From contig JBHGNT010000011.1 in the NCBI GenBank assembly GCA_043228905.1, forward strand, positions 17,732,001 to 17,796,000: a DNA stretch of 64,000 nucleotides, in the 5' to 3' direction. A program made the position numbers and the translations under genes. Below the pieces are notes generated by a model. That model did not search any database. It was not told the DNA's origin and worked only from the letters and a program-made list of their open reading frames with translations. Source of the DNA: Azolla caroliniana. Its lineage: Eukaryota > Plantae > Polypodiophyta. Positions 45,483 through 58,543 of the stretch are shown here, piece by piece (the stretch's first letter is position 1; each line of letters opens with the position of its first letter).

Positions 45483-47720
45483 TTAGTTAGCCTTGGCCTT
45501 CACTGCCTTCTTCTTCGACTTCTTTGATGCATAGTTCTTCATCCCAAGGAAGAAAAGAAGAGCACCAAACATAGAAAGATTCTGCATCCCATGTTTAGCA
45601 ACAATATTAAGCATACTATAGATAAAAGAGAAACAAAATCCAACATACACCAACCCAGAGTTCATGCATGTTTATTAGGATACCCCTGAGTTTTAAAATA
45701 TAACATGATACCACGCATTTATCAAAACTACCACTTCGGCATTCTGAAAGGGAAGGGAAGAGTATTATGATACATATTCAAAAATATTAGGAGTATATCA
45801 GTGTTTCCCTTTAGAAAATGTCAACATGGGAAGTGCTTTTACCTTCAAGAATTGTATGAATTCTCTTGCATATGCTGGATTAGATATATCGTAATTGTAG
45901 AAATCATGTGCAATTGGTGTGAACAACGCCAGAGAAAGTAACTAAATATCCAAGAAAAAACAATTCAGAAAAATCTATTTTATGATCATTCAGAATCACA
46001 TTTAGTATAATGTAAAGATGACTAATTCGTACCAAGAAATGAGCTCCAATGCTGCTTCCAAGAGTAAAGAGAATTCCACCTAATCCTCCAAGGGCTATAG
46101 ATGCCATTACTACATATTTAATCTGTGCATCACATTAATCACATTCCAGCACAGTTTGAGTATATGAATATATTTCCAACAACATATTTCTTTATTCATT
46201 AAACACACTAGGAAAAAAGCAAAATAGTCAATCATCAATTTCAAGAACAATATGAATATATTGGTTTTTCAACAACATGTTTTTGCACTGCTTTTCCAAC
46301 AAATATCTTATAAGCTCAACTTAATTTTCAAGAACTTATTACCTCAAAATCAGGTATAATGACACCAAACGATGAGGTAGCTTGGCTCTTCAGTGCACTA
46401 ATCTTTGGCTCAAGAGACTTTCCATAGCTCCCTCCATCATTACCAAAATCAATAATCCTGTTAAGAACAGCTTCATTAGTACATGTAGGCACGATGAAAG
46501 AATATTATAATATATTACCACTGTGGAGCAATAACAAATAATTAAGATAACTCATGGTTTATAATAATACAAAATTTGAACCCAAAGAAGTGCTAGAGGT
46601 TGAAAGACGGTATATATAATATATGGATTGTGTATAGAAAGCACGTGCATAAAGTAAAAACCTTTAAGGATACACAGACGAAAGTTTGAATATGTCAAGG
46701 ACAGAATACATAAACAATTACCTAACTAAAATCAGATGAGATAATTACAATATTACAAAAAAAATGCGTATCAGATTTTCTTGAACTGAGAGATTGAACA
46801 AATAACCCAGTGCTCACATACAACAAAAAATGCAAAGTATATATGCTGATAAGATTGTCGTGGAAAACAGAATAATGCAAAACATATATAGATAAAATAT
46901 TGCAAAAAAAATTAAGAAAAAAAGTATAAACATAAACATTAACTTTAAAAAACAGATCTAAAAGCAGGAACTACATGAAATGTTACGAAAACTCAAGCAA
47001 AATACATACATAAAAAACCGAACAAAAAACAGATTTAGATAAGAAAAGCAACAACAATATGGAAAAGGCGGGAATTTAATGCATTGGTTTTGCTTAACAC
47101 AGAAACAAATGTACAGAAATACATAAAAATGCTTAAACGTTATACATACTTAAGTAATGGGTACATAAACATGACTACACTATTGAAACGCAACAAGTAA
47201 TGTGAAATAGCAGCATAAACAATTGGTTTAAGAGATATTGAAATGCAAAAACAAACAGATATGCGTAAAATTTCTCATGGAAACAGATGCCTGTCTGTGG
47301 TTGTTGTCTTTTTTTGTTTTAGGCCTGCAATGGTTTTTTGTTTATGCCGATCTATGGACATATATCTTGCCTTATTTCTTGTATTAACAAAGATGGACTA
47401 AGAAATACCCATCACAGACAGACATCAACAAAGAAAATCCTCACAACCGAAATAGTGGGAAATGAACTCAAAATATACATATATTCATGGATAAAACAAT
47501 GGCATAAGGATAAATAAATACAGATCTAAATAAACACACAAACAAATTCCACAGCTGAGGTATATAAAAAAACACTAATTTAATGCAAGTGCCATGCTCC
47601 AAACAGAAGAATGCGTAGAGAAAAAAATAAAATAGAGAGGGAGAGATCTTACTTCTGATAAGCCGTGAAGATGAAAATGGCAGAGAAAAGAACCCGGCCA
47701 GCGAAGGATGTGAACCCCAT
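45483..47720 (-). CDS. HR-like lesion-inducing family membrane protein, 5 exons
   Basis: Exons 47720-47653, 46457-46343, 46122-46033, 45941-45843 and 45581-45483. Protein reads MGFTSFAGRVLFSAIF..FGNDGG..LEPK..GLGGILFTLGSSIGA..TPIAHDFYNY..QFLKNLSMFGALLFFLGMKN plus a basic tail. Confidence 0.9.
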
Positions 47721-48064
47721 GATAATGAGGGAGGGGGGAACAGAGGAAAATCTAAAACCTAAAAACAGAGCAAGAGGTGGGACAAGAAGCGCCAAATAAA
47801 AAGAAAAAGCTTAGATCTCACAGGGCGCAAACCCTAACAGCTACGTCCAAGACTTTCATAAAACCTCAACTCTTCGAAGGAGACCCAAAAAAGATAGGGC
47901 TTTCCCCTGTTCTTTTGCTTTTTGCTTTTTGCTTTTTGGCTTTTGCTTTTTGCTTTTGGCCTTTGGCTTTTGGCTTTTGGCCTTTTGTGTTTGTTTTTGG
48001 CATTCCCATTGGTGCCAAAGAAAAAAAAAAGAACTTAGGAGTACTTCAAAACCAATAATTTGTA

Positions 48065-48377
48065 GGGAAAAGTACCAGGATACCCCTGGAAGTTCGTCTA
48101 TTTACCAGAATGCCCCTGGAATTTTCAAATTTACCAAACTACCCCTATGTCCAGAACATTACACTTTATAAAGTAAGTACAAAGGACCCAAAGAATCTCT
48201 TAAGTAAATAAATTTGTGTTTGAAGGGTATTCTGGTAAATAAGGCTTGTAGATTTGAGTGTATAATTACTTTATAAAGTGTATTTTTTTGGACATAGGGG
48301 TAGTTTGTTAAATTTGGAACTTCCAAGGGCATTCTGGTAAATAGACGAACTTCTATGGGTATCCTGGTACTTTTCCC
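48065..48377. mobile_element. Mutator-type foldback MITE, 313 bp
   Basis: TIRs of about 110-115 bp beginning GGGAAAAGTACCAGGATACCC. The 9-bp flanks TAATTTGTA and TAGTTTATA match at 7 of 9 positions. Confidence 0.85.
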
Positions 48378-51300
48378 TAGTTTATATGCATAGGACACTG
48401 AATTGTAATACATTCATTAAGTCCCGTAAAATTCGGTGAATTAAGTAAGTTAAGGGACGATTCAATCCGTTTTCCAAAGCAACCAAGCTCTCTGTTGCCG
48501 CGGTTTTAGCCGTTCCGCAACGTCCAATGGAATCATACATGAATGAATCATCTCTCCACTTCTGCCCGAGTGACCATATGATGGACTTTTCCACACTGTT
48601 GTGCATTCCTTCCTTGCTCCCCTAGAGCTCTATGAGGGAAGAATTTCATCTGGAGATTCGTGTTACTATGTCAGACATCCCCCTGTGAATTGATTCGTCC
48701 AATGACCAAACCATCTTATTCAAATCCATTCTGTTATCCCCCACACTACAAAATCATGGTTTTTCAGTTTAGTTGAGTCATCCTCGTTTGAGCTTGTCAT
48801 GATGATAGTAGTTCGAGATGAATGATGTCAAAATGTTTTTTCTCCTTTTAACATGATCATGAATAGCAATATTAGTGATATATGACAAAGAAAATATCAT
48901 TGGTATCGCAAGCCAATGTTGTTGGATTCAAAACTAACCACAAAACCATATTTTCTATTTCAATAATCATAGCCTTGATTTAAAGTCGTGGTTGCTTATG
49001 GTGACTAAAAAAGCGACTCATGAATGGTCATTTGAAATTAACAAAAATAGAAGGTCCCACCAACATCCTAGTATTGACTCGTAGACAATCATCCCAAGTT
49101 TATTAACTCAAGTCCAATTTGGTAACCTCTACATCATGAAACAATCATCACCTTTGCTTGGATTTTCCACGACACGAGCTTTTATAGTCTTTTACTCCAA
49201 TACAAAATCCTTAAAGCAATGTTCCAAGACACTAGAATTGAAACAATAGTTTTTTCTCAAAAGGCTACAACAAATAAATAATTAAAATCAAGCTGAATCA
49301 TAACTTTGCATGTTGTTATTAGAATCAAATATTAATTATATCACCATTGCACTATGAAAAAAGAAATCCTAATTTGGATATGAACCATGTTAGTGGTTTT
49401 AAAGTCTAATATTCGAACCACTATAGTTCAAACTTGCAAAACCATTATCTTAGTTTGAATTAATCATTATACCTATTTGAAATAAGACCAATAATCTCGT
49501 GGATTGTAAAGGAGGTCCCCAACAATGGTAGTTGATTTTGATGCTCAACAATGTGGAAGTTGAAATAACTCCTACTATAGGAAGCGAGAGTATGTCGGAA
49601 TAGAAGGTAACTACCCAATATGTACAATATTGACACTCTCAACTTAATTTTGCCTTCAAACGTGTTATAAATATTTATACAAAGGTTCTCACCATTTAGA
49701 CAAACATGCAATCATTGGTCGCCACTCAAGAAGCAATTCCCACATTGCCCATCATTGAATCTTTACATAGTGCTTAGGTCTAGGTACTCATTTACTGCAT
49801 GTCCCTTGTTGGATGGTGAGCGATAAGATAAGTCCAACTATTTAATCCTAAAACACAACTTTACAGGGAACCCAAGTTATTTGATTCAAAGTCCTATGTG
49901 ACACGCAAAACACTGCGAGAACATCACTCACTCCCAAGAAACGTGTGTATATCATTTTTTTATTCCATCAAGAGGAAAAACGTGACAACTTGCGTTTCGA
50001 AAGCCAATTCAAATTAAAAACAAAATGGTCTTGTCGAGATACAATTCTAATTCATCGAATTCAAAAACTATTGCAAAAACATCATCTTGATTGAAACTAG
50101 TCTTTGTTGGGCATTGTTCATATGTCTAACTATTTGTTCCTAGAAAATGACTTTAGAATAGTTTCAAAGGGAAAATAAGAGAATTGCATTTGAAAAGCAA
50201 CCAAATTGAATTAGATAAAAGACTTCAAATGTCCCTACAAATTATTCCTCTAACACAAGCAACTTTAAGGGTTTATGCCACTACGATAAGCAAGTGTAAC
50301 ATGTTTTCTATAGCATTCTAGTTGCTACTTATATCACAACAAATGAAATTTGTATTGCATTGGCATATCAAAGGGAATCCAATCGAATAGGAAAACAAGG
50401 GCTTGGATTTGAGCCCAAGTTATTGCATTAAAATTCCAGGGTGAAGCAATACTATTGAAATGTATGAGATTTTTTATATCTAAATTGAAGAATTTGCTAG
50501 ATTTATAGTAAATTCTAATATCATTGGCAAAAATGATAGCATTGGCCATTTCTAGGCTGCCTTCACAAGAATGAAATAGTTGTTTGCTAGGGCAAAGTAT
50601 CATATTTGACTTGCGAAGTCCTAAATGTTAAAACTTAAACCTTAAGCTATAATATTGGACATTATGCATAAGTTCATCAAGTGATAGATTTGATAAATCT
50701 TAATCTTCATTTGACATCATGTATCAATCCATCACTAAAATATGGGTTTTCCTATACCATAACAAGAGAATGATCCAAAGTTCTCAGATTCGATGTCTAA
50801 TGGGCTAAACATTATATGTCTACATCTAAGATTTTGCTTCCAAACACATGGCTCTAAGGATTTTATTAAATATTGAGAACAAACAAGGCAAGGCAATCTT
50901 GATGAATAAGACAAAAAAATATGTGATGTCCATGCAAACCATTGTTTATATATCATACCAATGGTTTGCTCCTAAACAAACAATTATATTGTTATAAAAT
51001 CCATGAGGAGCATAAATAAGAACATGACAACATTTGACATGTTTTTATAACAACAACGATGTTATAAATAACACCATCAACGAAAAGGATAGCATTTCAT
51101 TTTAATAATGCAAATGATCAATGGTGAAGGATGCATTGAAATGAGTCTTTTCTTTTGAATGATGAATATGCCAACCACTAGAATACAAAAGCATCATTTT
51201 GATTTAAACCACAACCTTTTTTATGTCATTTTACAATCTAGTAAATTTGCTCTTTATGACACTCATGTTACTTGATTCAAACTTTGATGTACTAACTAAT

Positions 51301-52733
51301 ATACTACAAAGCGATCATTTTAGTTTGAAGAAACTATAATGAACATTAGGTTTGATGTTGTGTTCTACGATTTGTGTTACTACATTTCCACTTTACCAAA
51401 CCATCAATGAGAATCTTAACATTATCCTTATCATAAACATATATCATTATATTAGGGGTCCAACAATAGGGATCCTTAGGGCATTGTAATATTTTGGTTC
51501 AATGTTGGTTTTGATACTTTGGTCATAGGTTCATGGCATTAATTTCCCAATGATGTGGTATATGAAAGACAAGTTTAATTGGAGGCTAAGTTCAATTCAC
51601 TAGCTACTACACTATGAAACCATAATTTCACTTTAAAGTAATCATATCATAACATATTGTTATCGAGCATGCAAATAGTTTGTCTTAAAGTATAGTGAAT
51701 CGAGTAAAAAGTGCATCATTTTGCAACTATCAAGATTTTGGGTAGAAAGTGCACCATTTTGCAAAGTTTCTTTTCTTAGTAATGCTAGGAATTAAAAATA
51801 CCTCTACAAAGCAAAGTGAACGAGTAAGAAAAGATGGTCTTGACAAAAATTGAGCCCGTGTTATTGGATGCAGAGTCCAATGCGCAAATTACATACACGA
51901 CAATCTTAGTAAATCACAAATTTTGACGATCTCAATGAATAAGAAGAGAACTTTTCGATGGGGAAACCATACAGATAAACATTTTCATTGTCCACTTCCT
52001 TTTTCAAGCCAATCCAGCCACACAAATTACCACTTCCATTGCTCTTCCTTCTTATAAACAAACATTGATTTTACTACAATTCCATGCATGGTCCCATCCA
52101 ACCTACCAAAATATTAGAGTACAATTGGTATATTCCATACATATCTTATATGCACCATCTCATCTAGCATAATAATATATTCGTATATACTATTACATTC
52201 AGCATTCAAAACTTACATAATGCAAAAGGCGTCCTATAATTTCTATATCAACTTACATAGTTCTAATTACACTACCTCATTGGACTCAACAAATGGCTTT
52301 TCAATCCTCTCCACTATTCAGATATAATTATGGGATCATTACTAGATCTAATTTATAGATATATGGAAGATAGGTAAACATGTAGTTACCAACATGTAGA
52401 TTCAATAACCCTTAAGGATACACAAATGCATCTGAGGAGTATGCACTTGCAAAAGCAATCGACGTGCATTTTTTTAACCCTTCAGAAAGGACATAACTTA
52501 TTAAGACTTGCTACAAGGCATGTTTATCAGCATCGGAAAAAAATGATACAAAGGTTACAATCTCAACCAAGTGGCCAAAACATGTATATATTTTCGCTCT
52601 TCCTCTTTTAAGTTTTTTCAACAAATAACTCCCACTTACAAGCTCAGCTGGTTTTCTCTTTAACCAGATGTAATGAAACTCATATACTCAAAAGTCGAAG
52701 TTTATTTCCCTGAATTGCCAAAAATTGAGGAAA

Positions 52734-55700
52734 TTAAGAAGACTTTTTGGTTACTCTTGCCGCAGAAACATGATCCTGCAAAGAAGAGTAAATAATTTTG
52801 TTACGCAAAATAAGTATGAAACTAGATCCTACATAACAAGCTATGAGTGAAAACTTTGGATAGAAATGATATGTAATGGAACAATAACACAAAAGCAAAT
52901 TAAAATGGAACGACTTTTTGGATAGTATGAAAGAGAAGGAGTCATAAGAATCCAAACAATAGATACAATAAAACAAAAGAAAGCAGCCACTGTTGGGAAT
53001 TGGGGCATATGTATAATTGTAGAGATATAAAAATAAAGCCCAAAGCCTCGGCCCCTACTATGGTAAATTCTTAATCATACTTAGAATCTATAGATTTGAG
53101 AGAGGAACGCAGACAATGTCTAATTCTCTTACAAAGAATATTCAAGCCAAAAAGAGTCATCCATGTGTGTGCAAACACTGTTCAGTCCTATTTATAACCA
53201 ATAGCACACGACTCTTAAGCGGACAAGTTCCTCGGACTGAGTCACAATTCAAAAACCATGGAGATCCAAGCATTCACAATACAAAAAATTCATAATGTTA
53301 GAGATCATGGAGATCAAGCCAAAAAAAGGATTTGTTATTAATCTACTACTGCATTGCATTGCAGCATTGTTCTCTTGTTCTCTAATGATCCCACGTCATC
53401 TGAGACATCAGCAGTGTACAACACCTATTTTACTTTGTGTATTATCACTTTATATTTTTTCCCTGTTTATTGGTTCCTTAACATTTTCAGTGGCTTTTTA
53501 TAGAGAGTACCTATGCAGATAAGGGAATCTTGTATGCTATTCAACCCTTACAAGTAATGAAACGCTTCTACACTACCTTCGGATCGCAAAATTCACGATA
53601 TCCGAGCAGACATTGCCAAGTTATTGACTCTTGAGAGAAGGGGATGCACTCTAGGACAATGTGTCAATCAGAGATATATTTTCTACAGTCCCATGTTGTC
53701 TTGTTGTCATATCTCTTATAGCATATATCTTCATCCACAGCCCACAACTTGAGCAAATTATGGTGTTACTGCCAACATGTTAGAAGCACCCATAATCTCT
53801 CCTCTGTTTTAAGTTATTAGCCTGCATCAATGTTTCTATCTTGAGCCTACATCAACTGTTCTATGGATGCGGGAGTACCACGTAAAGCATTTTCAGTCTA
53901 CAAAAAAATTATATATTGTTCAAGAACAAAAGAACACACAGAAAGAGGTAGAAGTTATTCAAAACATAGCTAATGCATCCGAAAACACTTGCATGGCTAT
54001 ACTTCGTTGGCTATCCAAAGCAGATACATGCATTTATGCATGAAACACTTACCTGCAGACATCTGAAAGTCTATATGTGAGGATTCCCCTAGAAACCAGG
54101 CAGAACATTACTATAGTCTATCATATTGTTCCATCATGAGTGGAGAACCCATGATGCCATGTCAATAGAAATCAACATTGATTATTTCCTGTAGGCTTGA
54201 TTCTAACGTTTTGAGTTGAGCAGTCAATAAAGAAAACTTTGATTAGACATACAAGCAGGTTTCAAAACATTCACCACCTTGGACTCTGTATTTAGAAATC
54301 AGCAACGGTTCGGTTTGAACCAAACTGAACAGGGAAGCCGCGGTTTAATGACTTAACGGTTTAAACGGTTTGAACCGCAGTTTAAATTGTTTAAATGACA
54401 ATTGATAATTTTCTTAAATATTTTTTTGAATATTTTAAACTTAAATTTGATATTTTAAGAAAAAACTTTCAATTTTGAAATATTAAATTTTATAAATTAA
54501 AATGTGAAATTTTGAATTTTGACCTAACTTGAAAACTAAAACCAAACCACAAAACCGTGGTTTTAATGGTTTAATTGTTAGAAAGACTCTAAAACTGTTT
54601 GGTTTGAGCTTGATTTTATTATAACGGTTCGGTTTAAACATTTCGTGATTCGGTTCGGTTTAAGTTTCAATTCTTTTAATCGGTTTGGTTTGAAATTGTT
54701 TGAGTTTGACATTCTCGAACCGAACCGTTGGCAATTGCTATCTGTATTGCCCATCTGAGCCCCTAATTGATGAAAATAGGGATCATATTCACAGGGCATC
54801 AAAAATCTCTTCGCAGGAGGCTGACTCTACTCGATTTTCACGAAAGGTATGCAGTCCTCGGAATAATATTAATAAAATCATCACTTCGGATGATAATATT
54901 AGGCAATTGTTCTTTTGGAGGGTAGGAATTATAGCATATTGCAGAGATCAATAGAATTGAGTTCCTGTAAATATCAACATTTTGCTTGTCCACAAGCTTG
55001 CCTACATATTCTAGTTGAATGAGCATCCGAAATGCCAGAATCTAGTCTCACCCATGCAAATCTGCTTAAATAAGTTGATTTCCTTGAGTTAGGATACTCA
55101 CAGATATGAGTGCTGTTATTTTGCTACTGCCTAAAATAGTAAGTTTCAGATACATACCTTAAACATTGAAAGAAAAAAAGAATGTAAATCTCATATTCTT
55201 TTTGAAGTCTTTAATTAAAGAATTAAACTAGTGGCTATGTCAACATACCCAAGTTCCTAAATATGAAAATTGTAGTGGCATCACATATAATCAAGGTGAA
55301 AAAGTTAAACCCATACCGAAATGAAGTCAAAAGCTTTGGTATCTTCTTTCTTCACAGATTCAATCGGGAATCTCGATGATGCGTCTCCTGAAAAGTCGAA
55401 GTCATTTCCAAACATACCTCCAGATCCTGGTGCCCCTTGAGAGTTGCCTCCATTCATTATATTCATGCCCAGATTAAGCCTCTGAAGCCCAGCCATACCA
55501 GCCAAAAGCTGTTGCTGGAAAATAGGGTTACTAGAGGGTAGTCCAAAGTTCTGATGCATCATTATGGGTGCTTGATAGCCTCCCATCATTCCCATTGGAA
55601 GCATGAGAGATGGAGCCAGAGAGGGATTTTTAAATGCATTGTTGGATCCATTCAAAGAGTTGATATTCTCATAACTTTTCAGTGAAGAAACACTCTCCAT

Positions 55701-58543
55701 AAGGTCAGCCAAGGTGTCAGAAGATGTGGGGGTATTCATTGAACCAAAATTACTTTTCTCGTCATGTAAACCATTTAGAAGATCAAATCCTCCTCCATCA
55801 GATGTTGTAGCATTTTCCACAGATAAACCGGAAAATAAATCTGATGTTGACTCATCTATTGCTTTGTCATCGGTGTGAAAAGACACTCCCGAAAATACAT
55901 CATCGGGAACGTTTTCAGTTATATTTGCCTCTTCTGGATCTCCAGCCCAGTCCACAAGAAGGTCACTTGTTGGAGCAGAGAGATTGGAAATAGCGTCATC
56001 AGCTTTTATAAAAGACACATTTGACTCGTCTTTTGCATCAGTCCATAAATCGGATGCTCCAGCATCCATTAAATCGGGCATGTCATGTGTCAAAGCAACT
56101 TGTGGTACATCCTTCTCCTGAATGGAAACTTCTGTATCTATTTGAGCTGGATCTTTTGACAAAGCTCCAAGAACCTGCAAAATTATAAGCAAACCCAAAA
56201 GCAAATAAATATATATATGATTTTCCTTTCACTGAAGTTTAGTTCAGAGATAACCTGATCCGAAAGAAAACTTTCCAATAAGATCTTATACCTTCAGGGC
56301 TTTCTCTTTTACTGATGTTTGTGGTGACTGTATACAGTCCTTGATAACACTTGAATCTTCTTCAAAGAATTGCACGACTGCTTCAAAAAACTCATTTTCA
56401 GTTTGGCGCAGAATGGTCTCGATAACACATAAGGTCTTAAATCGCACCTGCAATTTCAGTCAAAAAAACTTCAATAAAACAAATACAATCTAAACACTAT
56501 CCTTCACCTATAACTAGAACAAGGTAGCATACCTGCCAAGCATGTGATTGCAGCTTTGACTCTAATGCATAGCAGAAGCTCATACGATCCAACTTTACAA
56601 TGTTGGCTAAGAACTTTTGTAGATTTTCCCTAGTTGGCTGTAAACGCATCCCTCCAGGAGCTGTAATAGTGTCCAACAATTTTTCTTCAGGTGATGTGCC
56701 CTCTCGGCTAGAGACTACCTCTACCCTAGCTTCATGTTGAGAAACTTGAGAATTGAATGTGGATGATTTGGCATTTGCATTAGAGTTCCCTGAAGAAAAT
56801 CGAGAATCCCCTCTTCCAGCTATCTCACCTCTATCAAATGTCTCTCTTTCTGATGTAAGAGAACGCATAAGACTGGGACCTTTATAAGTCCCAGCATCAT
56901 TTCTAACATTGCCAGTGTTAGCCCCAGTATAACCACTGAGTATGGTCAATCCTTGCTTAATCGAGGCACTTCCAAATCCAATCACATCACTCATAACATC
57001 TGATATTGAGGACTTTTTTCCATCCATGCTCATGTGGACGTCATTATTAGTACTCCCAAAACCCATTATTCGCTTGTTAACATCTTCTCCCTGAGGAGGC
57101 TTATCGTCTGAAGCAAAAATGGCATTTATTGCTTCGTGTGCAGTGTCTCTCACTGCTTTGTTAAGAGCATCTCCTCTCAGAGGATCTGGTTGGCCCTTGT
57201 AATCAAAGAGTTGACGAATAACGGCTGATTGACGTTGAACCTGTCGTTTAAACTCAGGCCCACCTTTGCCCACAACAAATTTTATCATTCGCAATACCTG
57301 CACATCCACAGATTCCTCCTTAAACTCTTGGGTTGAACAAACCAAGACACAATAGCACTGCCATGGGTCTTAAGTTGCCCTCATAATAAAATCTTCACAA
57401 TTCCAGGTTGAACTGCACAACAATTGTTTTCACCTGACAAATGGCTTTTCAAAATTTCTTACCACCACACAGACACTGAAAATGATACACATGATGGCTA
57501 TACAATTCCACTTCCCAGATCTCAAGAGTAGAAAATGAATATAAGAAATTGCTACAAACAAACAAAACCAACCATGTGAGAACGAAAATGGTCACTTTAT
57601 CCGGATTTTTAGATTGAGAAAACTGTTTTACAAATTCACAGTGCTAATAATAGCTTCACAAATTCTGTTCGAGCTTCCTAAACCCAAGGTCAAAAATAAT
57701 ATAAGCCACAGGAAACAAAATAAACAAAACTAGATAGATTAGAAGGGAAATAATTCATTTTCTTCGTAGTTTCAGTTTGAGACGATGCACATAGCAGTTT
57801 ACTCTTAAAAAATGGCTTTACAAATTCCCCTTCCACATCCCAAAGATGGAAAATAATACAATGCGGTGCTAACAATGGCTTTACAAATCCATTTTCAAAG
57901 ACCAAAGTGTTGAAAACAATGTAAGACAATGCTGGCAAATAAACAAAACTAGTTAAGAGGTTGAAATTAAGGAGGAAGTGCACACAAACAAACAAATAAA
58001 ACTAGTTATATACAAGAGCAAAAAACGTGCAAAGGAAACAGAGAGCTAAAAATAATAAAAATTCATACAAAAGAGTTGAAAACAATATGAGGCAATGCTA
58101 GCAAATAAACAAACAAAACTACTTATAGAAAATCACTAATAAATAAATAAAACTAGTTGTATACACCATTTGAAAACAATCTAAGGAATCTTACTAGTAA
58201 CCAAGCAGCCAACCAAAAGGATCAGTTATTTTCATGAGTTGAAGACATTATGTGGCAATCTTGCAAAAAACAAAAGTTAGTTATATGTATCTCTATGCAT
58301 GTATAAAAATTTACATACAAGGGAGGAAAAACTCACTTTTTGCTTAACACGAGGGCTCTTGCTGCCGAGACGTTTCATGGTATACTCCACCACCTCGTGA
58401 ATCAAATCACTCGTTGAAGTTCTCAGCATTTCAGCAATCTCATCCATGCGATACATAGGAGCCACTTTATCGTCATCTGTTATCACAAGATCAACTAGAC
58501 GAGTCCTCTTATAAGCATCCACGGCTCTCTTGCTAGACTCCAT
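52734..58543 (-). CDS. MTV1: ENTH/VHS-domain protein MODIFIED TRANSPORT TO THE VACUOLE 1 (tepsin-like), 5 coding exons
   Basis: Exons 58543-58337, 57297-56533, 56447-56292, 56174-55317 and 52775-52734, all phase 0. Motifs DDDKVAPMYRMDEI, KSPRVKQK, YKGQPDPLRGDALNKAVRDTAHEAI, EEKLLDTITAPGGMRLQPTRE, KEDTKAFDFISDH. Confidence 0.9.
54293..54740. mobile_element. hAT-type MITE in the last MTV1 intron, 448 bp
   Basis: Perfect 8-bp TSD TCTGTATT (54285-54292 and 54741-54748), TAG...CTA imperfect TIRs and subterminal AACCG/CGGTT repeats. Confidence 0.85.
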
